The position numbers were made by a program, and so were the translations under genes. From a virus (taxonomy: Duplodnaviria > Caudoviricetes), in the IMG/VR virus record IMGVR_UViG_3300024305_000003, positions 1 through 52,930 of that record: DNA of 52,930 bases. One strand, given 5' to 3'. The notes below the pieces were generated by a model. The model had not been told where the DNA came from, made no database searches, and saw only the letters and a list, made by a program, of their open reading frames with translations. Positions 47,101 to 52,930 of this stretch are shown one piece after another (within the stretch, counting starts at the first letter, position 1; the number at the start of each line of letters is the position of its first letter).

Positions 47101-50100
47101 CCGAAGCAGGACTGAAAGAGCAGGCGGAGCGCAACGCTGCCGCCGAGAAGGCCCGCGCCGATCAGGAGCGCGAGGCCGAGCAGAAGGTTCAGGCCGACCG
47201 CGACCGCGAAGACTTCACCCTTACCGGCTCCAACCGGATATCTGACGTTGCCGCCGCGCGCGGGCAGAACGATATGTTCGGCGCCCAGCCGACCACTCCC
47301 GCCAGCAAGGCCAAAGAGCAAGCGACCGAACTGGTCAAGGGCAAGCCGAGCCCTGCAAAACCAGCCGCCGAGCCAAAGCCTGTCAAGGTCGAAGACTTCG
47401 GCGAGAAGCTGGGCGGCGCCCGCAAAGATGAGCTGCGCGGCGTGCGCGAGCGCCTGGACAACATGGACGACCAGGGCATTGCGAACAGCAAGCTCAGCGA
47501 GCTATGGCCAAAGGGCGAGATAGACCGGATCGAAGACAGCTTTCACGCCGCTGCCTACCAGACGGTGCGCGATTTCATCCCGGCCAAGCCGCGCGTTTCG
47601 TACAGGGTCGCCGGCTGGGTCAATCGGGTGAAGGCTGCACGCGAACTTCTCGCCGAACTGTCCCGGCTGGGCAGCGAATCGACCGTCGCGAAGATGCGCG
47701 AGTTCAGCCCTTCGCTGCGGTCGGTGGCGGACAAGATCGAGCTGCTGATGGGCATCGAACGCTCGCAGTGGGGCCGGATCGGGCGCGTAAGCATGGCCGT
47801 TGGCAGCTTCAGCCAGGACGGGCAGATGGTGCCGGGCTCTTGGGCGGAAGTAGAGATCGACGGCCGCAGCAAGCACTTCTACGGCAAGAAATCCATTGCT
47901 GAGGCGATAGGCGACATTCGCTTGGCGCTGAACCTGAACGCAGCCCCCGAAAAGAAGATGAAGTTCGACGTCTACTCGGACCGAGGGACCGGAGAGGTGT
48001 TCATCGCGAAGAATGGCGACCGCGAAACCAGACGGCTCGCCACCTTCAAGACTGTTGCCGAGGCCAGGGACCACATCGCAAACAGTCATGAAAGCCTGGT
48101 CGCTGCATGGGATGCCGTGAAGAACCGCGACAACGTGACCAAGGCCGACATGCGCCGCAGCCTCAATGAGGTGCGCGCGGGCACTGATCACCGCGGCGGG
48201 GCCGACATCACCCCCGAGCAATTCCTTGAGGCGTTCGGCTTCAGGGGAGTTGAGTTCGGCAACTGGGTCGCGCAGGGTGCTGCGCGCGATGGCCGGCAGG
48301 GCATGCTCAACGACGCCTACGATTCCTTCATGGATCTGGCCGAAGTGATCGGCGTGCCGCCAAAGGCGCTGAGCCTTGAGGGCCGTCTGGGCATTGGTTT
48401 CGGGTCGCGCGGGCGAGGCCGGGCCAGCGCTCACTTCGAGCCGGGCACCGTCGTCATCAACCTGACCAAGACCAAGGGTGCGGGCTCGCTGGCGCACGAA
48501 TGGTTTCATGCGCTCGACAACTATTTCGCCGGCAAGCGTGGCGAGAGTGACGCCGGAAAGGTGCGTGAGGCTTCCTACATCACCTACCGCCCAGAACCGA
48601 TGCTGGTAAACAAGAAGTATCCGGCGCAGCGCATGACTCGCGCCAAGCTGGATATGTACCAGGCCAATCACCCGAACGCGCCCCTGTACGCCGAGGAGAA
48701 CTGGACCGCAGACCCCGCCCACCCCGAAGGCGTCCGGCCGAAGGTCGAGAAGGCATTCGCCGAGCTGGTGGAAACCCTTGACCGCTCGCCGATGGCGAAG
48801 CGCTCTGCTGTGCTGGACAGAGGGACGGCAGATGGCTACTGGTCGCGCATCATCGAGCGTGGCGCTCGCTCCTTTGAAACCTACGTGATCGCGCGGCTGG
48901 CGGACCGCGGTTATCGCAACGACTACCTGGCGAACGTCCGCACGCTCGAGGAATTTTCGCGCAGCCAGGACCGCTACCCCTACCTGACCCCGGACGAGCA
49001 GGGGCCGGTTAACGAGGCCTTCGACAAGCTGTTCGCCACCATCGAAACCCGCGAAACCGATTCTGGCGTGAGCCTCTACCGGCTGGATGACGGGGAGAAC
49101 GGTCAGCTGCAGGCTGACGCTGTCACGCAGGCGCTCGCAGCATCACCCGAGCTTGCTGGCGTCAAGGTCGTGCAGTCCTTCGACGACTTGCCGCTATCGG
49201 CACGCATCCGGGCGAAGCGTGACGGTGTTGCGCCGGACGAACTGCGCGGGATCTTCAGCAGTGGGGCGACCTATGTGGTTGCCGGCAACCATGCCAGCGT
49301 TACCGACGCGCTCTATACCGCTGTGCATGAAGAGGTTGGCCACCGCGGCATCCATGGCCTGCTGGGCGACAAGCTGGACGCCACCATGGAGCGGCTCTAT
49401 GCCAGCCAGGCCGCCAGCGCCAAGGGCCGCCAGCGCATCGCACAGATTCGCGAGGCCTATGCCAAGGTGCTGCGCAAGCTCGACGCCCGCAAGCGGCGCC
49501 TGATGATCGCCGAGGAAATGGTGGCGCTGCTCATCGAGGACGGCGAGCGGCCTACCGCGCTGCAGCGTGTGCTGTCGAAGATCCGCGAGCTGCTGCGCGC
49601 GCTGATTCCGCAAGTGCCCTGGACCTATACCGACATTCTGGCGCTGGGCGAGCAGTCCCGTCGTTGGCTGCGCGACAACCAGGCCGGCGCCGCGGATGGC
49701 GAGCGGATGCTCTATGCCTTGGGCGGCAAGCGGCAGCATACCTCCGAGGCGTTCACCGACCTGACCGCCAAGCAGAAGGAGGCGCTGAACAAGATTGCCC
49801 CGCGCACTGCCAAGCAGCAGGCCATCGACTGGTTCCGCGACCATTCGGACCGGGCGCTGCTGAAGATCCGCCAAGGCCTTGTCGACCGCTATGCAGCACT
49901 GCGCGAGCTGGACGAGGCAGCGCACGGCAAGGATGTGCTGAGCACCGACATTGCCAGCAGCGCCTGGGTACTGGCGCGCATGTCGTCGGCGGCCAGCGGC
50001 GCACTGCATGCCATGCTCAACAACGGCCGCATTTACCTGGACCAGCAGCAGAAGGTGATCGACATTCAGGACGGCGAGGCGCTCGGCCTGGGCGCGACGC

Positions 50101-52349
50101 TGGCGCGCCTGGGCTCCGCGGCGGAGATCGAGCGCTTCATGGGCTGGATCGCCGGTAACCGCTCCGCCAAGCTTGCCGCCGAAGGCCGGGAAAACCTGTT
50201 CGACGCCGCCGAGATCGATGCGCTGCGCACCCTCAACCGCGGCACAACCGAACACGGCAAGGCGCGCGGCGCGCTCTATTCCGAAGTGTTTACCGAGTTC
50301 CAGCAGTACCGGGACGACGTGCTGGCGATCGCCGAGCAGACCGGCGTCATCACCCCTGAAAGCCGCGCACTCTGGCGCGACGAGTTCTACGTGCCGTTCT
50401 ACCGGGTGATGGATGAAGACGGAGCTGTCGGCCCGATGGCATCCAAGGGGCTGACCCGCCAGGAGGCCTACAAGAAGCTCAAGGGCGGCAGCCAGAGCCT
50501 GAACGACCTGCTGCAGAACACGCTGTTGAACTTCAACCACCTGCTGCAGGCCAGCCTGAAGAACCAGGCGGCGGCACAGGCGATCGACAACGCCGAGCAG
50601 TTGGGCATTGCGCAGCCAGTGAGCGAGGCGGCGCGGGACAAGAAGGCCAGCACCTTCGTACTGAAGGCCGGCGAAAAGCAGTGGTACAACATCGCCGATC
50701 CGCTGGTATTCGAAGCGCTGAACTCGCTCAGCGATGCGGGGCTGAACAACACCGCAGTGCGGGCGATGAGCTTCTTCAAGCGCCTATTCACCAACATGAC
50801 CACGATCACGCCGCAGTTCATCGTCGCCAACCTGCTGCGAGACTCGATGTCCGCCACGGCTACCTCGCCGGTGAGCAAGAACTTCCTGAAGAACATCGCG
50901 GTCGGCGGGAGCAGCTGGACCGATGCCCGTAAGCGGGCGCGCATGCTCGCCAGCGGCGGCGCCTTCAGCTTCGGCCACATCTATAGCAACGACCCGGACG
51001 AGGTAAAGGCGCACATCACCCGCAACCTGCGCAGCGCCAAGCTGATCGACGGACCGAAGCTGGTGCCGCAGGCATTGAAGGCTGGCTGGGACGCATGGAA
51101 CGCCGTGGCCAACACGGCGGAAAACGCCAACCGGGCGGCGATCTTCGAGCAGAACGAGCAGGGCAGCGGCAAGCTGGCCGCGGCCTTCGAGGCGCGCGAC
51201 CTCATGGACTTCTCGATGCACGGCGCCTGGCCGGCGGTGCGCTTCCTGATCCGCGTCGTGCCGTTCCTCAATGCGCGCCTGCAGGGTCTGGACAAGCTGT
51301 ATCGGGCAGGCGTGAAGCCGTCGCTGCTGACCGCGTTCGGCCAGGGCAGCGCATCGGACAAGCAGGCCGCCGCGCGCTTCACGGCAGTGGTCGGTGCGCT
51401 GTCGCTGGCGAGCATGGCGCTGTTCCTGGTCAACAACGACGACGAGGAGTTCCGCAAGCTCGAGGAATGGCAGAAGGACACCTACTGGTTCGTCCGGCTG
51501 GGTGGCAAAGCCTTCTTCATCCCGAAGCCGTTCGAGGTTGGCGCCATCGCGACCATGGCCGAGCGCCTGCTGCAGCAGGGCATCGACGACAAGGCCACCG
51601 GAAAGCTGTTTGCGCAACGCCTGGGGCACACCCTGACGCAGACCTTCTCCTTTTCGCCGGTACCGCACATGTTCCAGCCGGTGCTGGACGTTTACTCGAA
51701 CGTGGACGCCTTCACGGGTCGACCGATCGAATCGGCCGGCATGGACCGCCTGAGCAAGGGCCTGCGTACCCGGGCGACCACCACGGCGCCGGCGCGTGCG
51801 GCTTCGGCCGTCAGCCGCGTGTTCGGCGATGAGTTCCCGCTGGCGGTGTCACCGATCCAGGCGGACCACTTGATCGCTGGCTACCTCGGCCAGGTTGGTG
51901 CTTGGGGCGCAGGCATGGTCGACACGATGTGGCGTGCAGCGAACGGTGAAAGCCAGCCGGCCAAGCACTGGCACGAATACCAACCGATCCGCCGGTTCTA
52001 CCGCGACCTCGAAACGCCCGCGGCCTACACCCGGTACAGCACCCTGTTTTACGAGGGGCTGCGCGAGGCAAGCAAAGCTTACGCCGACGTGAAGGAGCTG
52101 CAGGAACTCGGCCGCATGGATGAGGCGCGCGAGGTGATCAGCGAAAAGCGCGATCTGCTGGGGGCGCGCAAGCAACTCAACCAGGTGCAGCGCCGACTGA
52201 CCGCGATCAACGGCCGCATGGATGCCGTGCGCCTGGGCGAGCTCGACGCAGATGCCAAGCGCCGAGAACTGGACCGCCTACTGGTGATCAAGAACCGGCT
52301 GACAGAGATGGCCGGCAAGCGGCTGGAGGATATGCGCGCGAAGCGCTGA
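44130..52349 (+). CDS. Large polyvalent (internal virion) protein: InPase-like, LPD1-like, zincin-like and LPD38-like domains
   Basis: 2739 aa; GNYKKGRV...ISIENP...HYGYI...DGEQVDVY...FDEHK; GVEFGNW...LAHEWFHALD; AVHEEVGH; C-terminal IPKPFEVG. Confidence 0.8.
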   Translation: MAGPWEKYQQQPAIEQTAPGQAGPWAKYRAAEPANDAPAEAAGEQGGIQAADFGKELAGGALIGTGSVVSGFGDLLTTAGGAIERGARAVLPGGTVDALKSIPAPSDLLFRPAGRQIEAAGKQVQATKTDAAKQALEASTPQGDVLDPSSWSMGDDPSLVGYGLHGANLVGQFVPQAAALAIPGGQARMTGMAGIGGLQAGGSAGNEVEQRLAAIPDAELQQVSDLYRELRAGGVEEADARAHVSATARAAAFQGAAPAGALGGAMTNYALGPLQRQIGGGVGRRLAGGLLLDAPAEGAQEVSEAVAARAATNRAIGEQRDLTEDTFGDAVLGAMGGAGHATLGAALGRPQPQARPAEPAAEADATFDDTPQTAALPAPGLQGLPSPEPTFFADRQGNVQDVGPVRNVDGQMQPAPQGRQWVNPRNRADRPVGGEGMERQVPRGEPAPLEGQFQHGSRQRVAEAATQKGRTLEGETQQAALPQPEAIVVDGQGNAQRGATAPQTFERPLAGGRGMDQQAPTAIRREDDFVILTRATGEPFQAHGAAKASKAFREAKRAGRNPTVAKVDGGFAVRVPADPKRYQMRPVDQAAHEAATSPSNDLPAPTPAQIEAGNYKKGRVRVQGLDISIENPRGSERSGTGPDGTPWRRTMSDHYGYIKRTTGADGEQVDVYVGPQEDSDQVFVVDQINQQDGSFDEHKAMLGYPDQATALQAYSANFDKGWKVGPVTAMPVAEFKSWLKGGALSKPLALPSPIVQPAAAAAPQKPQEKSKPKGARRAVDRDRDSVVQAAIRLGGITNRWKQDTTGDTKGNKSIPGIGALWSDVTGTSLDDMASLLDQHGYVPAGEMDRDGGVSWLQDALRDELAGRKTHYAPDSARQLEQYELEMLDRINEQLAAERDLREAEYARIEAEHGPEAAADARSFDEMAIARSEQLDGALEDAQTDPDTYVDGEPVDEAAAARRDDEIRQADEREDRAAGEDPGTAFDLEQQTEAGLKEQAERNAAAEKARADQEREAEQKVQADRDREDFTLTGSNRISDVAAARGQNDMFGAQPTTPASKAKEQATELVKGKPSPAKPAAEPKPVKVEDFGEKLGGARKDELRGVRERLDNMDDQGIANSKLSELWPKGEIDRIEDSFHAAAYQTVRDFIPAKPRVSYRVAGWVNRVKAARELLAELSRLGSESTVAKMREFSPSLRSVADKIELLMGIERSQWGRIGRVSMAVGSFSQDGQMVPGSWAEVEIDGRSKHFYGKKSIAEAIGDIRLALNLNAAPEKKMKFDVYSDRGTGEVFIAKNGDRETRRLATFKTVAEARDHIANSHESLVAAWDAVKNRDNVTKADMRRSLNEVRAGTDHRGGADITPEQFLEAFGFRGVEFGNWVAQGAARDGRQGMLNDAYDSFMDLAEVIGVPPKALSLEGRLGIGFGSRGRGRASAHFEPGTVVINLTKTKGAGSLAHEWFHALDNYFAGKRGESDAGKVREASYITYRPEPMLVNKKYPAQRMTRAKLDMYQANHPNAPLYAEENWTADPAHPEGVRPKVEKAFAELVETLDRSPMAKRSAVLDRGTADGYWSRIIERGARSFETYVIARLADRGYRNDYLANVRTLEEFSRSQDRYPYLTPDEQGPVNEAFDKLFATIETRETDSGVSLYRLDDGENGQLQADAVTQALAASPELAGVKVVQSFDDLPLSARIRAKRDGVAPDELRGIFSSGATYVVAGNHASVTDALYTAVHEEVGHRGIHGLLGDKLDATMERLYASQAASAKGRQRIAQIREAYAKVLRKLDARKRRLMIAEEMVALLIEDGERPTALQRVLSKIRELLRALIPQVPWTYTDILALGEQSRRWLRDNQAGAADGERMLYALGGKRQHTSEAFTDLTAKQKEALNKIAPRTAKQQAIDWFRDHSDRALLKIRQGLVDRYAALRELDEAAHGKDVLSTDIASSAWVLARMSSAASGALHAMLNNGRIYLDQQQKVIDIQDGEALGLGATLARLGSAAEIERFMGWIAGNRSAKLAAEGRENLFDAAEIDALRTLNRGTTEHGKARGALYSEVFTEFQQYRDDVLAIAEQTGVITPESRALWRDEFYVPFYRVMDEDGAVGPMASKGLTRQEAYKKLKGGSQSLNDLLQNTLLNFNHLLQASLKNQAAAQAIDNAEQLGIAQPVSEAARDKKASTFVLKAGEKQWYNIADPLVFEALNSLSDAGLNNTAVRAMSFFKRLFTNMTTITPQFIVANLLRDSMSATATSPVSKNFLKNIAVGGSSWTDARKRARMLASGGAFSFGHIYSNDPDEVKAHITRNLRSAKLIDGPKLVPQALKAGWDAWNAVANTAENANRAAIFEQNEQGSGKLAAAFEARDLMDFSMHGAWPAVRFLIRVVPFLNARLQGLDKLYRAGVKPSLLTAFGQGSASDKQAAARFTAVVGALSLASMALFLVNNDDEEFRKLEEWQKDTYWFVRLGGKAFFIPKPFEVGAIATMAERLLQQGIDDKATGKLFAQRLGHTLTQTFSFSPVPHMFQPVLDVYSNVDAFTGRPIESAGMDRLSKGLRTRATTTAPARAASAVSRVFGDEFPLAVSPIQADHLIAGYLGQVGAWGAGMVDTMWRAANGESQPAKHWHEYQPIRRFYRDLETPAAYTRYSTLFYEGLREASKAYADVKELQELGRMDEAREVISEKRDLLGARKQLNQVQRRLTAINGRMDAVRLGELDADAKRRELDRLLVIKNRLTEMAGKRLEDMRAKR

Positions 52350-52583
52350 TCAGCGCCGACGCCTGGGCTGTCCGGCATACAGGCCGGTCAGCACCAGGGC
52401 GCCGAAGAGCAGGGCGGGCACGTTGATCAGCAGGCCGATGAGCATGATGAACAGCGGAATGCCCGCCAGGCTGACGGTCAGCCAACCGCCCGTGGTCTGC
52501 CAGGCGCGTGGCATCTGGGTCATTACCAGGCCGCCGAGCACCAGAAAGCCGATGATGCCGCCGACGATCTCGGTCGCATCCAT
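52350..52583 (-). CDS. Small multi-pass membrane protein
   Basis: 77 aa, 2-3 hydrophobic segments, basic C-terminus. Confidence 0.6.
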   Translation of the reverse strand: MDATEIVGGIIGFLVLGGLVMTQMPRAWQTTGGWLTVSLAGIPLFIMLIGLLINVPALLFGALVLTGLYAGQPRRRR

Positions 52584-52930
52584 CAGTAGCAGCCGTAGCT
52601 GTTACAGGTCGACTGGTAATGGTTGCCGTCGGAGTCGGTTCCGGAATTGAAGGTGGTGTCGCCTATCCGGGTGCTGGTCCCGTTCCAGCTGCCACCATCG
52701 GCCGAGTAGCCATTGTGGAAGGTGGTGCCGCCGATGGTGCTGCTGTCCTGGCTCCAGTGGGAGCCGTTGGCGCTATATCCGTCCAGGTGCGTCGTATTAC
52801 CGAAGCGCTGGACATTGTAGGTGTTGCCGCTGTCATCCGTGCAGGTCTGGAAAGATCCGGTTCCGAAGCAGCCGGCGACGGCCGATTGTGCCGCCAGCGA
52901 AAGCGCTACGATTGTGAGAGTCCGTTTCAT
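52583..52930 (-). CDS. Secreted small beta-repeat protein
   Basis: Signal peptide (AVA|G), two Cys pairs, three G-x-T-(T/F)-x-x-G-x-S-x-(D/N)-G repeats. Confidence 0.65.
   Translation of the reverse strand: MKRTLTIVALSLAAQSAVAGCFGTGSFQTCTDDSGNTYNVQRFGNTTHLDGYSANGSHWSQDSSTIGGTTFHNGYSADGGSWNGTSTRIGDTTFNSGTDSDGNHYQSTCNSYGCY

Larger units (their letters stand above)
1..52930. mobile_element. Temperate prophage (lambdoid early region, podovirus-like morphogenesis region) carrying a DGR
   Basis: Ordered modules: integration, recombination, immunity, replication, lysis, packaging, head, tail/ejection. The window starts at the integrase stop; att sites are not visible. Confidence 0.97.

Overview
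This window is an almost complete, GC-rich temperate prophage, probably from a Pseudomonas-like host (inferred from gene content). It is trimmed from the integrase stop codon to a right-end cargo gene, so no att sites are visible. The left arm (minus strand) carries an integrase and Xis, a C5 DNA methyltransferase, a YejK/NdpA nucleoid protein, and a YqaJ exonuclease with a RecT-like recombinase. The immunity region has a HipA-like kinase and DUF3037-like partner downstream of a cI that lacks a peptidase domain, plus cro and five TGWAC-N5-GTWCA operators. The right arm has O/P-like replication genes, a RuvC-like resolvase, a Q-like gene, holin/Rz/Rz1, terminase, portal, capsid, podovirus-like tail and ejection genes, and a 2739-aa polyvalent protein. 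The main result is an intact diversity-generating retroelement (avd, TR at 34258-34369, RT) with two variable regions that differ from the TR only at adenines. VR1 (33523-33634, 13 changes) is in the adjacent tail-fibre-like gene. VR2 (6523-6634, 10 changes) lies about 27 kb away on the opposite strand, in a small stand-alone C-type-lectin/DUF1566-like gene of the early operon, and has its own IMH and hairpin. Protein family calls come from motif recognition by eye; no database searches were run.
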